From a virus (Duplodnaviria > Heunggongvirae > Uroviricota > Caudoviricetes), in IMG/VR virus record IMGVR_UViG_2529292907_000016: 42,684 nucleotides of DNA. The stretch is one strand, 5' to 3'. This document shows, piece by piece, positions 28,392 through 36,969 of this stretch; the stretch's first letter is position 1; the number at the start of each line of letters is the position of its first letter. Position numbers and translations under genes: made by a program. The notes beneath the pieces were generated by a model. It was not told the DNA's origin, did no database searches, and saw only the letters and a program-made list of their open reading frames with translations.

Positions 28392-28636
28392 GCTTTACCT
28401 GTCAGAATGCTTTTGATTCGGGACTCAAGCTCTTCAGTCATCACGTCCACGCCGCTCAACTCATCAGTGGCAGCCTCTGCCAGCAGCGAATGCAGTTGTT
28501 CCAGGGATATTTCCCCGGCAATGCTGAGTTCAGTCAACTCACGACATACCTTTATGGTTTCAGGAGGTAACTGTGTTGCAAGACTGAATGCTTTCTGATG
28601 GGCACTGCTCATCAGTGAGCGGTTATCTGTTGCCAT
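28388..28636 (-). CDS. Hypothetical 82-aa protein with a C-terminal tail similar to that of the small-terminase-like protein
   Basis: ...ELSGVDVMTEELESRIKSILTGKA vs ...ELRGVDGMSEQIEFRIRQMLLGKA; ~24 bp near-identical DNA stretch. Confidence 0.45.
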   Translation of the reverse strand: MATDNRSLMSSAHQKAFSLATQLPPETIKVCRELTELSIAGEISLEQLHSLLAEAATDELSGVDVMTEELESRIKSILTGKA

Positions 28637-28646
28637 GATTCACCTC

Positions 28647-29228
28647 CTACGCCTTACCCAGCAGCATCTGCCTGATACGGAATTCGATCTGCTCGCTCAT
28701 GCCATCCACGCCGCGCAACTCATCGGTGACCGCATTCGCCATCTCTTCAGCAAATGCGGCCCGGATTTCTTTTTCACGCTTAATGCTGCGCTCGGCGGCA
28801 CTTTCTGCACGCTGTGCCGACAGGAGGATGTCCTTAATAAGGCGCATATCCACATCGCTGTCGCTGTTCAGGGATTCGGTGGCGGCACGCAGACGGCGGT
28901 ACATCAGGGCACGGGACATCTCCAGAATCAGTGCCGTGGTTTCACCGGTCGGCTTATCCCCCAGTTCGGCCATCATGGCTTTTGTCTGCTCGCGTAAATC
29001 ACGCAGATTACGGGCAATCAGCTCATTACGGGAGGCTTCCCGGCTGATGGCCGCCGGTGAGAGCTGCTGCTCTTCCGGCAGACCTGCTTCACGGATCAGA
29101 CGGTTGATTTCCTCGCGGATCTGGACCTGCGTCAGACGTTTTTCACGCAGCATTTCCAGCAGCGGCTTACGGATGCTGTCGGGGAGCAAATCCACCTTGC
29201 GTACACGGCCACGCGTTGGCTTATCCAT
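28647..29228 (-). CDS. Terminase small subunit candidate (Mu gp27-like)
   Basis: 193-aa helical, charged protein immediately upstream of large terminase. Confidence 0.55.
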   Translation of the reverse strand: MDKPTRGRVRKVDLLPDSIRKPLLEMLREKRLTQVQIREEINRLIREAGLPEEQQLSPAAISREASRNELIARNLRDLREQTKAMMAELGDKPTGETTALILEMSRALMYRRLRAATESLNSDSDVDMRLIKDILLSAQRAESAAERSIKREKEIRAAFAEEMANAVTDELRGVDGMSEQIEFRIRQMLLGKA

Positions 29229-29230
29229 CG

Positions 29231-29521
29231 TTACCCCCTTGCGCGTGGTTTCTTCACACCCGGAACGGTGGCGCGGCCTTCCGCCACATCCTGACCCCGG
29301 CCGGTCAGTTCAGCGATGAAATAACCGTTAACAAGCGTGCGCTTACGCACCAGTCCCTGCTCGGCAAGCCAGGCAATGTGGGTATGAACGGTGTCGCGGG
29401 ACACGCGGTGACCGTAATCATCCAGGCAGTCCTGAAGCACGGATTCGCCCAGTTCGCCGTTGTAATCCGCCAGCGACCGCAGAATGACAAGACGCTGATC
29501 TTCAGTAATGAAATCACTCAT
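29231..29521 (-). CDS. Hypothetical protein (Mu gp26-like position)
   Basis: 96-aa ORF; synteny. Confidence 0.45.
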   Translation of the reverse strand: MSDFITEDQRLVILRSLADYNGELGESVLQDCLDDYGHRVSRDTVHTHIAWLAEQGLVRKRTLVNGYFIAELTGRGQDVAEGRATVPGVKKPRARG

Positions 29522-29825
29522 TGTGTTTTTTCCTTACAGCCTGCTCCAGCAGCAGTTCGTTCTGATGGGAGACGGATTTCAGGGTGGCATTGGTGGCCTT
29601 AAGCTCACCGCGCAGGGTGGTGATTTCGATATTGAGTCTGTTCACCTCCTGCTGCGTGGGCAGGCCGGAAATCCGGCTCTCCACCCGCTCAACCCGGTCG
29701 GAGAGTTTTTCAAAGGCCTCGCGGGGGACAAAGGTTTTGCGCATCAGCGCCATGAAGATCCCCCCGGCTGTGGCCGTTGCCGACAGGATCGGCACGACAT
29801 AATCTTTAACGATGCTGACCCACAT
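29514..29825 (-). CDS. Membrane protein with coiled coil (Mu gp25-like, lysis-associated candidate)
   Basis: N-terminal TM segment then coiled coil; downstream of lysis genes. Confidence 0.5.
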   Translation of the reverse strand: MWVSIVKDYVVPILSATATAGGIFMALMRKTFVPREAFEKLSDRVERVESRISGLPTQQEVNRLNIEITTLRGELKATNATLKSVSHQNELLLEQAVRKKHNE

Positions 29826-30099
29826 GACCGGCCTCCATGATGTTCTGGCAGTTCACACAACGGATGGCATCCGGCACGGCAACCAGACGGGCAGCCGGAA
29901 TGTCACCCCCGCAGTCCGCGCATACACGCCTGCCCGGTGTCTCCGCCACCCGGCGCTTACGTGTCAGCCGGTCACAAAGGGCGCGTTCTGTTGCACGCTC
30001 CATGACTGCCTGAGCACAATCTGAATCATCCATACCTTTTTCCTTACTTCGTCTTTCCTGCCGGAACAGCAGTCGTTCCGGCCATATCAGTAAATTCAT
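29806..30099 (-). CDS. TraR/DksA-family C4 zinc-finger protein (likely start at internal MDDSDC...)
   Basis: CADCGGDIPAARL...CVNCQ motif. Confidence 0.6.
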   Translation of the reverse strand: MNLLIWPERLLFRQERRSKEKGMDDSDCAQAVMERATERALCDRLTRKRRVAETPGRRVCADCGGDIPAARLVAVPDAIRCVNCQNIMEAGHVGQHR

Positions 30100-30415
30100 G
30101 CTGTCGCTGTGTCTCCAGACGGCGGATGCTGGCCTTGTCCACGTTGCAGTTTTTAATCACCGCCAGCAGTTGCAGGTTGTAAGTGACCGATGCACCAAAC
30201 GTGAACGGCTGCGGCGCGGGAGGGACCAGGCAGTCAGCCAGCCATTCAGCGGGGATCGGCACCGGCGGCACAGGGACGAATTTCACAGACGGCCCGCCGC
30301 ACCCGGTCAGCCACATCATCAGGCACAGGCACAGCGGCAGCAGGCACCGTTGCCAGTGACCGGCGGACAATGCTCTGCTGTTCCTCGCTGTGCTGCATGT
30401 TCTGCTGTTTTTCAT
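30044..30415 (-). CDS. Rz1-like o-spanin lipoprotein (start uncertain)
   Basis: Lipobox LTGC followed by Pro-rich sequence; overlaps Rz in another frame. Confidence 0.5.
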   Translation of the reverse strand: MKNSRTCSTARNSRALSAGHWQRCLLPLCLCLMMWLTGCGGPSVKFVPVPPVPIPAEWLADCLVPPAPQPFTFGASVTYNLQLLAVIKNCNVDKASIRRLETQRQHEFTDMAGTTAVPAGKTK

Positions 30416-30710
30416 TCGTGGCCGCCTTGCTGATTTGTGAAATGAGTTGCAGGGTGCTTTGCTGGTTTGCCAGCACCAGACGGGCTTCGTCCCGTTCACG
30501 CACAAGCACATGATTATTGTCCTCAAGGCGCTGCGTCTTCTGGTGCATTCCCCATACCACGGCAGCCAGCACGCTCATCACCCCCAGCGCCGCCATACAG
30601 CCTCCGGCAATCAGGGCCGGTAAGGGATTGTTCACCGCAGACACAGCACACCCCGCAGCAGCACAACGGCACACAGCAGCGCAATCATGAGCGGTCGCCA
30701 GAAGCGGTTC
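30246..30710 (-). CDS. Rz-like i-spanin (start uncertain; ORF as tracked begins inside lys)
   Basis: TM segment followed by coiled coil; overlapping Rz1 frame. Confidence 0.55.
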   Translation of the reverse strand, partial: EPLLATAHDCAAVCRCAAAGCAVSAVNNPLPALIAGGCMAALGVMSVLAAVVWGMHQKTQRLEDNNHVLVRERDEARLVLANQQSTLQLISQISKAATNEKQQNMQHSEEQQSIVRRSLATVPAAAVPVPDDVADRVRRAVCEIRPCAAGADPR

Positions 30711-31209
30711 AGACTTTCGGCAAATCGTAACGACATAACCATTCATCCGCCGAACGGCGGGCCTCAAGACCGGGGAGTTTTACCCCCTTTGAATAAATCC
30801 AGCGGATATACTGCTTACAGGACGCGGGCATCTGCCCGGCATTGATAAGGCGCAGGAGCGTGGAGTTGCGAAAGTTCGTTTCACCGGCCCAGAAAATCCA
30901 GGAGGCCAGCGCCACCGTCTGACCACGGGTAAGCGGCACCTGAACATGACGATCGATAGCCGCAAAGGCCCATTTCATGTCCTTTTCCAGCAGCTCCAGA
31001 CACTCTTCATCAGTTTTTGTCATCCCCGGTTTCACATCCGGGCCGGTATGGCCGTAACAGATGGTGGGGGTGCCGGTGGGATCAATGTACGTGGTGTTTT
31101 CTTTCCCTTCCCAGTAGCCGGTGTAGTGCGTGGCAATGGTGAACGTCCCGGCTCCGGCCAGAACAAGGGCAATCAGCTTTTTACGCAGGGGTGCGGGGAG
31201 TTTTGGCAT
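30709..31209 (-). CDS. lys: SAR endolysin (T4-lysozyme-like)
   Basis: N-terminal hydrophobic SAR-like segment then EG...D...T lysozyme motif region. Confidence 0.75.
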   Translation of the reverse strand: MPKLPAPLRKKLIALVLAGAGTFTIATHYTGYWEGKENTTYIDPTGTPTICYGHTGPDVKPGMTKTDEECLELLEKDMKWAFAAIDRHVQVPLTRGQTVALASWIFWAGETNFRNSTLLRLINAGQMPASCKQYIRWIYSKGVKLPGLEARRSADEWLCRYDLPKV

Positions 31210-31280
31210 TGTTACGCTGTCTCATGGTGTTCTCTGAGTCAGCGTAACCGTGAGGAAAAGGGGGCAGGATTTGCGGAATA
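31210..31280 (-). promoter_or_regulatory. Candidate late promoter upstream of lys
   Basis: Intergenic gap between Mor/C-family activator and lys, as for Mu Plys. Confidence 0.3.
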
Positions 31281-31703
31281 TCAGAAAAGCCGGGGCTGCG
31301 TGCGCTCCTGATGCAGGCGACGCTGGTTGCGGATAACGGAGTAAATCTGCGTCTCTGACATCTGGTAGTGGCGGCGCAGGGTTTCAATTTTTTCGCCCTG
31401 GCTCCAGCGGGAAAAAATTTCATTATTGCGCAGTTCGGTGAAAAGGGATTCACCGACCGGGAGATAATAACCACGCCCGCCCATGTACCCGGCCTGTGCG
31501 GCTGCAACCTTACGGGCAAGCATTCCCGCCTGAGCAGGTTCAATCCCCTGACGGTGCAGTTCAGCACTGATCACATCAACCAGGTCCCGCAGCGTGCCGG
31601 GCCAGTTCTTTTTCAGCTCATCATCAGGAATATCATCCAGACGGTCAATCAGCGCGTGCAGCTGTTCGCTGTCACCAAACATGCTCATCTGTGTTTCAGC
31701 CAT
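31281..31703 (-). CDS. Mor/C-family transcription activator (only one copy present)
   Basis: 140 aa with GGRGYYLPVG motif and C-terminal HTH; lies between gemA and lys. Confidence 0.7.
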   Translation of the reverse strand: MAETQMSMFGDSEQLHALIDRLDDIPDDELKKNWPGTLRDLVDVISAELHRQGIEPAQAGMLARKVAAAQAGYMGGRGYYLPVGESLFTELRNNEIFSRWSQGEKIETLRRHYQMSETQIYSVIRNQRRLHQERTQPRLF

Positions 31704-31773
31704 ACCCGCCTCCGGTCATCATTACACAGGGCAAGTTTAAAATAAAAATCCCGCGCTGTGGCGGGATTTGGGG

Positions 31774-32286
31774 TTAACGGGGGAATGATTTTTCATACAG
31801 CCTGCAAACACGCTCATAACTCATCACTGCACGTTCCGACATATCCAGGGCTGCCAGCATTTTGCGGCGGTGCCAGCGTTTGAGACGCTCCAGCACATCA
31901 GAGGCCAGCGCGGGTTGTTGCTCCAGCCACTGCCAGTTAGCCACACCTTCGCCGTCGTTCTGCGCGGCCGTCTGCGATTTCACCCAGCGGTTAAGGGCCG
32001 TTTCCCCGCCATCAGAGATAAATCCCTGCCGGTGCATCACTTTCCAGATGGCGCGAATTTTGGCGGTCACCGTACCCGGTTTTAAGGCCCGGTTAACCGG
32101 CTTCTGACGCACTTTAAAACCGCGTTTTTTGAAAACATCCAGCACGCGGGATAACTCACCGGGTGACATATCACGGCAACTGGATTTGCCGGTGGCTGCC
32201 AGCAGCGCGGATGTATAGGTATCATGGTCAAGCTGTAGATCGCGTTTTGCGACATGTATTAAGGTAATCAGGGAAGCGCGATTCAT
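31774..32286 (-). CDS. gemA: GemA-like early regulatory protein
   Basis: 170-aa ORF MNRASLITLIHVAKRDL... upstream of Mor/C gene. Confidence 0.6.
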   Translation of the reverse strand: MNRASLITLIHVAKRDLQLDHDTYTSALLAATGKSSCRDMSPGELSRVLDVFKKRGFKVRQKPVNRALKPGTVTAKIRAIWKVMHRQGFISDGGETALNRWVKSQTAAQNDGEGVANWQWLEQQPALASDVLERLKRWHRRKMLAALDMSERAVMSYERVCRLYEKSFPR

Positions 32287-32299
32287 TATCGTGGCTCCA

Positions 32300-32330
32300 T
32301 AAAAAATGGGCGGTGTTACCGCACCGCCAT
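32300..32330 (-). terminator. Intrinsic terminator on - strand just upstream of gemA
   Basis: Minus RNA: stem GGCGGUG/CACCGCC followed by CAUUUUUUAU. Confidence 0.55.
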
Positions 32331-32356
32331 GTCAATTAACATAAAAGGAAAAATCT

Positions 32357-32596
32357 ATGTCAGATATAAAAAATGCACTTGATGTTGCCGCATTCACAAT
32401 GGCTGGAAATCTTATGGTAACCCTGTTCGATAAGGGGCTGATTTCCCGTGAGGAGGCAATACATATTATCAATCTCGCTCAAAAAAACTCTACCCCGGAA
32501 AATGCAGAAGATATCCAGGATGGCTCATATATTAATACCGACTGGCATTTCGACAATCTCCGGGCCTGTATGGGGATTACCGCTGAAAAAGATTAA
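32357..32596 (+). CDS. Hypothetical protein (79 aa), antisense to the early operon, in a low-GC island
   Basis: ORF with RBS-like GGAAAAA upstream; converges on and overlaps 32577..32879 by ~20 bp. Confidence 0.4.
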   Translation: MSDIKNALDVAAFTMAGNLMVTLFDKGLISREEAIHIINLAQKNSTPENAEDIQDGSYINTDWHFDNLRACMGITAEKD

Positions 32597-32879
32597 AAAT
32601 TTTTGCATAATGTTCAGATGTAAGAATTGCTGAACCATCAACACCGAGCCTGCGGCGAACGTATTCCTCGCGGGCTATTTTATTATCCAGAGATACAGCA
32701 TCCTTAATCAGGTTAATCTCCCGCTCCATTATCAAAAGGGCTTCTCTGGCTGCAAGATTTTCTTTTATCGCATATTCGATAATGTCCCGCATACGTTCAA
32801 GCATGCCGATTTTAGCCAGTTCTTCGTCGATAGATTTAGGCGCAAATTTGATTTCTTTTTCCATATTATTCATCCTCAC
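32577..32879 (-). CDS. Hypothetical protein (likely start at MEKEIKF, ~32864)
   Basis: ATG immediately after the stop of the upstream small ORF; low-GC. Confidence 0.45.
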   Translation of the reverse strand: MRMNNMEKEIKFAPKSIDEELAKIGMLERMRDIIEYAIKENLAAREALLIMEREINLIKDAVSLDNKIAREEYVRRRLGVDGSAILTSEHYAKIFNLFQR

Positions 32880-33009
32880 AATTTATACATGCAGTGTCGT
32901 CGCCCATATCGCAGTGGTTACATTTTATCTCACCACAATGTGGGCACTCTTTCAGATACTCCGGGTCCTCATTTCCACAGGTGGGACATTCAACAATTTG
33001 CTCATCCAT
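32866..33009 (-). CDS. Cys-rich zinc-ribbon protein (~47 aa), not in ORF track
   Basis: Manual translation MDEQIVECPTCGNEDPEYLKECPHCGEIKCNHCDMGDDTACINCEDE; start overlaps upstream stop (ATGGATGA). Confidence 0.4.
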   Translation of the reverse strand: MDEQIVECPTCGNEDPEYLKECPHCGEIKCNHCDMGDDTACINCEDE

Positions 33010-33334
33010 TATGTATCCCCTGTAATTCCGGCAAGGCCGAAAGATGGCACCAGTGCGTCACCTGTCCGTCCTCATCTTCAAGGCAGGCTCCGGTTTCTTC
33101 ATCAATAAAAAAGCCTTCATACCCCATATGGCCGATGCGCAGTTCCTGTTGGTCACCATACTGAACAATCAGCACGACAGCCTCCATATCAGGCGGAAAT
33201 GCGTCATCCAGTGAATGCCAGGGATAACCGCGCAAATCCCCGAAATAAACGCCGGTCAGCGTTCCGCCACAGAGCGGCATTCCGGCGGCACACACAAGAG
33301 GTTCATCTGATTCAACAAATAAGGTCGTTATCAT
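33002..33334 (-). CDS. Hypothetical protein (110 aa)
   Basis: ORF in early operon, translationally coupled neighbours. Confidence 0.45.
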   Translation of the reverse strand: MITTLFVESDEPLVCAAGMPLCGGTLTGVYFGDLRGYPWHSLDDAFPPDMEAVVLIVQYGDQQELRIGHMGYEGFFIDEETGACLEDEDGQVTHWCHLSALPELQGIHNG

Positions 33335-33882
33335 GGCGTTAACTCCCGTAATACAGCGTCCTCGGCAGTCCGGCGACGGTAATAAACTGCGTGAGCAGAA
33401 TGTTCAGATATTCCAAACTTTTCGCCAATTTCCCGGAATGACAGACGGCGTGGGTAATCGGAATCACGCAGCGCACGTATAAGACGTACATCATCATCAG
33501 ATATGCGCGTGCCGGGGCGTAACTCTCCGCACTTTGTTAATCCAGCACCAATCATTCCTGCCCGACATCTGACAGAATCTTTATTACGTCCGAGATATTC
33601 TCCCATTTGCTGGCAGGTCATTGTTCTGGCATTTTTTCGAATAAACTTATCTTCATCAGGTGTAAATCTTGGGTGTTTATATTTCAGTAACTCCGGGTAT
33701 GAACTGCGCAATACACCAGTCCGGTTATATACAGCCCAGACAGTTCTTTTTATTCTGGCAGCAATATCCTTAACCGGGGTGGATGAATAAAGCGCAATCA
33801 GCAGCGCATCTTCTTCAGGTGTCCACGGACGGACATGAGCGGGGGCGCGACCTTTTAGTCCCATGGGTTGTAATTTCATCAT
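33331..33882 (-). CDS. Hypothetical protein with three HTH/Myb-like repeats (possible DNA-binding)
   Basis: Repeated W/F-TP-E/D-ED...I...motifs (WTPEEDALLIALY, FTPDEDKFIRK). Confidence 0.45.
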   Translation of the reverse strand: MMKLQPMGLKGRAPAHVRPWTPEEDALLIALYSSTPVKDIAARIKRTVWAVYNRTGVLRSSYPELLKYKHPRFTPDEDKFIRKNARTMTCQQMGEYLGRNKDSVRCRAGMIGAGLTKCGELRPGTRISDDDVRLIRALRDSDYPRRLSFREIGEKFGISEHSAHAVYYRRRTAEDAVLRELTP

Positions 33883-33885
33883 GCA

Positions 33886-34401
33886 TCACCCCCTGACTCG
33901 CTTTTCAGCAGCATAAAACTCATCAGACAGTATTTCGGTCATTTTCTGTTTTGCGGGTTTTACGCCGCACTGAAGGTAAATCACATCGTCAACGCAGAAC
34001 CACTTCACAGGGCCAAACAGGATTGCCGAGAAATCAATACCCAGCCAGAACAACAGCGCATCGGTTCTGGCATACGTGACGGGCGAATATTCACGCCACA
34101 GACTGTTCAGTTCATCAGAGGCAACACGCAGGGTTTTAGGGATACGTGATGTGCGCGGTGTGCAGCTCCAGCCATTCGACGCAGTCGGTTTTCGCCATAA
34201 GTCGCGATGAAAAGGATATTTGTCCTCCGTAAAACGCAGTCCCTTAAAGCAAAATCCACTGATACCGGATACAAATACCGACCGGCACGCAACATTCAGC
34301 ACGGCCTCAAGGCGTTTTGCCTCATCCTTAACTTTCTGGCAGTCCTGCTGGTATTTTTGCCACGCAGCCAGCGCGGAAGGGTTTGATGTTTTAAAGAACA
34401 T
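33886..34401 (-). CDS. Hypothetical protein (171 aa)
   Basis: ORF in early operon. Confidence 0.45.
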   Translation of the reverse strand: MFFKTSNPSALAAWQKYQQDCQKVKDEAKRLEAVLNVACRSVFVSGISGFCFKGLRFTEDKYPFHRDLWRKPTASNGWSCTPRTSRIPKTLRVASDELNSLWREYSPVTYARTDALLFWLGIDFSAILFGPVKWFCVDDVIYLQCGVKPAKQKMTEILSDEFYAAEKRVRG

Positions 34402-34934
34402 TACGCCACCTCCGCAGATATCCCTGCCGATGCCGCTGTCCGGTCAATAATCAGGTAACGCAGAACGCGCCCGGTGATGTTCCAGCCGCTTAAGCCGCAG
34501 ATAATGACGCCCAGGCGAATGTCGATATACGCCATCACAAACTGGGGCACGCCTTCTTTCATGGCCTGCTCATCAACTTCAGCCACCACATAAACGGTTT
34601 CGCAGGTCAGTACTCCCTGAGCAAATTCCCACGCCATCGACGGAATATCATGCCCCTCAATCCACGGCAGGGATTTTCTGAAGCTGCACCACTGAACATC
34701 ATCAGCCGCACCTTCCTGGCTGCATTTGCGACGAACCGCCTGCACCGGGCGGGGACGCGGAATATCATAAAAACCGTTACGGTCCGTCAGCACCCCGGCA
34801 TCGACCGCATCACGCAGAAAATAAACCATGGAGGATAGCGGCATATTCATTTTTTCTGCCAGAGAACGACTGGTCAGACGGCCAGAAAAACGCAGCCAGC
34901 TTTTAACCCCTTCAAGCACTTTTGCATCAATCAT
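34401..34934 (-). CDS. Hypothetical protein (177 aa)
   Basis: ORF in early operon. Confidence 0.45.
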   Translation of the reverse strand: MIDAKVLEGVKSWLRFSGRLTSRSLAEKMNMPLSSMVYFLRDAVDAGVLTDRNGFYDIPRPRPVQAVRRKCSQEGAADDVQWCSFRKSLPWIEGHDIPSMAWEFAQGVLTCETVYVVAEVDEQAMKEGVPQFVMAYIDIRLGVIICGLSGWNITGRVLRYLIIDRTAASAGISAEVA

Positions 34935-34937
34935 GAA

Positions 34938-35480
34938 TTATTCCTCCGTCAGCGCCACATATTCAGAATGTTTAATTTCCTGGCATTCTTCAGGAATACC
35001 CCCTTTTATTTCCCTGCCATAAGCGCCTACTTTAAACACCACGCACAGGGCATCACGGGAGAGCGACGGGGTCCACCAGGAGTCCGTGTTAAACATGGAG
35101 GGGATTCTCATTACCCCCAGCTTTTCACAGAGCCAGACAAGGAAATCAGGACGCTTTCTTAACTCACGTTCAGCGGTTTCAATCATTGCGGCAATCGCCG
35201 GACCTTCAGGGCATGACTCATCAGGTCTGGCAATAAAGCACGGTCCGTCCCCGATAAAAGCCACATCATCGCGCTTACGCCAGCCCGCAGGCAGAGAACC
35301 AGAAAAATAAAACTCACTGATTACGTCCATGGCGAACGGCTTTAAGCGCAATCCGGCAGCGCCTGTATTTTTCAGTAATGCCCGAAGAATACTGTTGCGT
35401 AGCGGTAAAACATCCCGCTGATATTCGGTTAAATATTTATTTGTGTACACTATGTCTAATTTGAAATAAAAATATGCCAT
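34938..35480 (-). CDS. Hypothetical protein (180 aa)
   Basis: ORF preceded by ~100-bp AT-rich gap after gam. Confidence 0.45.
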   Translation of the reverse strand: MAYFYFKLDIVYTNKYLTEYQRDVLPLRNSILRALLKNTGAAGLRLKPFAMDVISEFYFSGSLPAGWRKRDDVAFIGDGPCFIARPDESCPEGPAIAAMIETAERELRKRPDFLVWLCEKLGVMRIPSMFNTDSWWTPSLSRDALCVVFKVGAYGREIKGGIPEECQEIKHSEYVALTEE

Positions 35481-35577
35481 ATTTCCTGTTCCTTATTTTC
35501 AGTTTACAGGCGCAGGCAGTCCCCTGACGCGAGCGCCATAATTAACACGATGTGATATTTAAAGATTTAATGCGGTG

Positions 35578-36108
35578 TTATTTATTCAGTCCGGCGTCCT
35601 GTTCAAAAGGCTCGACATAAAAACTTTCAGCGCCTTTATTCACCTTTATACCGGCAATGCCCTTCACCGCATCTGGCTCCGCCAGGACAGCTTGCTTATT
35701 CACTTCCTCTTTCGTGCGGATGAAGCGCTCAAGGCCCATACGGCGCAGCATTTCAATCACGCCTTCCACATCACGGCTGACGCTGCATGATGGCGTTCCC
35801 AGCCGCCATGACACCGTTCCGGTGGTCAGATTGGCTGTTTTGGTTTCGCCGCCGTTCGTCAGCTCATTGCGGTTGGTTTTACACCAGTCATGAATCCCCT
35901 TAAAAAGCACTTTGATTTCTTTTTTAAGGTTTTCAATCTGCGGCGTATAACGGGCGGTGATTTCTGCCACTTCGTCATTCATCGCCGTTTCCAGGCGTAG
36001 TGCCTCACGCTGCATATCCCCAAAGCGTCGGATATCGCGGCTGACCTCTTCACGGGTCTGCGGTGCTGCCTCGGCTGCGGCCTTTAATTTTGTAACGCGT
36101 TTAGCCAT
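35578..36108 (-). CDS. gam: Gam-like host-nuclease inhibitor (DNA end-binding)
   Basis: 176 aa; strong resemblance to Mu Gam (…DIRRFGDMQREALRLETAMNDEVAEI…NGGETKTANLTTGTVSWR…). Confidence 0.8.
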   Translation of the reverse strand: MAKRVTKLKAAAEAAPQTREEVSRDIRRFGDMQREALRLETAMNDEVAEITARYTPQIENLKKEIKVLFKGIHDWCKTNRNELTNGGETKTANLTTGTVSWRLGTPSCSVSRDVEGVIEMLRRMGLERFIRTKEEVNKQAVLAEPDAVKGIAGIKVNKGAESFYVEPFEQDAGLNK

Positions 36109-36119
36109 TTTGTTTTTCC

Positions 36120-36440
36120 TTATTGCAGTGTGCCTGATGCTTTATGCACGCGGTGGCGTTTAATGATGGCATCCGCCCCAAAAGCCTGTACAGATGCCTG
36201 AAATTCCGCTGAGAGAAACTGAATAATTTCAGGACTGTGATACTGGAGAATACTTGCATAAACGTCACAGAGTGACGTCGGCCTGTTATCCGTATCACGT
36301 TCTGTTTTTACATCCACACCAATCTTTTCATGCACTTCAACACTGTCATTGCCTGCCGGTTTTTCGTCATGCGAAACATGCTCAAATTCAAAAATAACGC
36401 GTACTTTGCTCATGGAATTACCCCTGCTGATTAAATTCAT
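36120..36440 (-). CDS. Hypothetical protein, paralogue of 36418..36690 (likely start MSKVRVIFEFE at ~36413)
   Basis: Shares N-terminus MSKV(V)R(V/I)IFE(F/Y) with the neighbour. Confidence 0.45.
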   Translation of the reverse strand: MNLISRGNSMSKVRVIFEFEHVSHDEKPAGNDSVEVHEKIGVDVKTERDTDNRPTSLCDVYASILQYHSPEIIQFLSAEFQASVQAFGADAIIKRHRVHKASGTLQ

Positions 36441-36690
36441 TACCGTTAATAACCCCGGAAGCCATGCCCCTGTCTTTCATGAATGCACTGGCTTTCATTG
36501 CCACAAGCTCTGCGAAGTTTCTGCTTTCTGCCAGCATAACCACCCCAAAAATCATGGCGGGGCTATCATTTTTCTGCTTTATTCCGGTTGAACGTATATC
36601 CAGACTTACCCCCATGTGCACTGTTCCATCAGCGTTTTTACGGATAACGTCCTCCTTGTATTCGAAAATAATGCGCACGACTTTACTCAT
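36418..36690 (-). CDS. Hypothetical protein, tandem paralogue
   Basis: MSKVVRIIFEYKED... Confidence 0.45.
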   Translation of the reverse strand: MSKVVRIIFEYKEDVIRKNADGTVHMGVSLDIRSTGIKQKNDSPAMIFGVVMLAESRNFAELVAMKASAFMKDRGMASGVINGNEFNQQG

Positions 36691-36968
36691 CCTCTGGCCC
36701 TCGTTCTGTTTGGATAACTGACCCGGCGTCTGACCTCACGGCAGAACTGAACCATGGCATTAAAGGCTTCTTCTTCCGTCACCGCTTCCGGTATTCCAGG
36801 AACCAGTAGCTGTTCCTGTTCATCGCGTCCATGACGCGCCACAACATCAATCACATGCCGTACCGTGGCGGGCTTTCCGGCAACTATCGGCAATGCACCT
36901 TCCGGCAGGACGTAACCAAACTCAATAAGACCACTCGACCACGCCCATGCAATGAGATTTTTTTTCAC
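36687..36968 (-). CDS. Hypothetical early protein (93 aa)
   Basis: ORF in early operon. Confidence 0.4.
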   Translation of the reverse strand: MKKNLIAWAWSSGLIEFGYVLPEGALPIVAGKPATVRHVIDVVARHGRDEQEQLLVPGIPEAVTEEEAFNAMVQFCREVRRRVSYPNRTRARG

Positions 36969-36969
36969 C

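Noticed and set aside
30246-30767. Rz ORF start at 30767
   Set aside because: That start lies inside the endolysin gene; the real start is probably nearer the TM segment and was left approximate.
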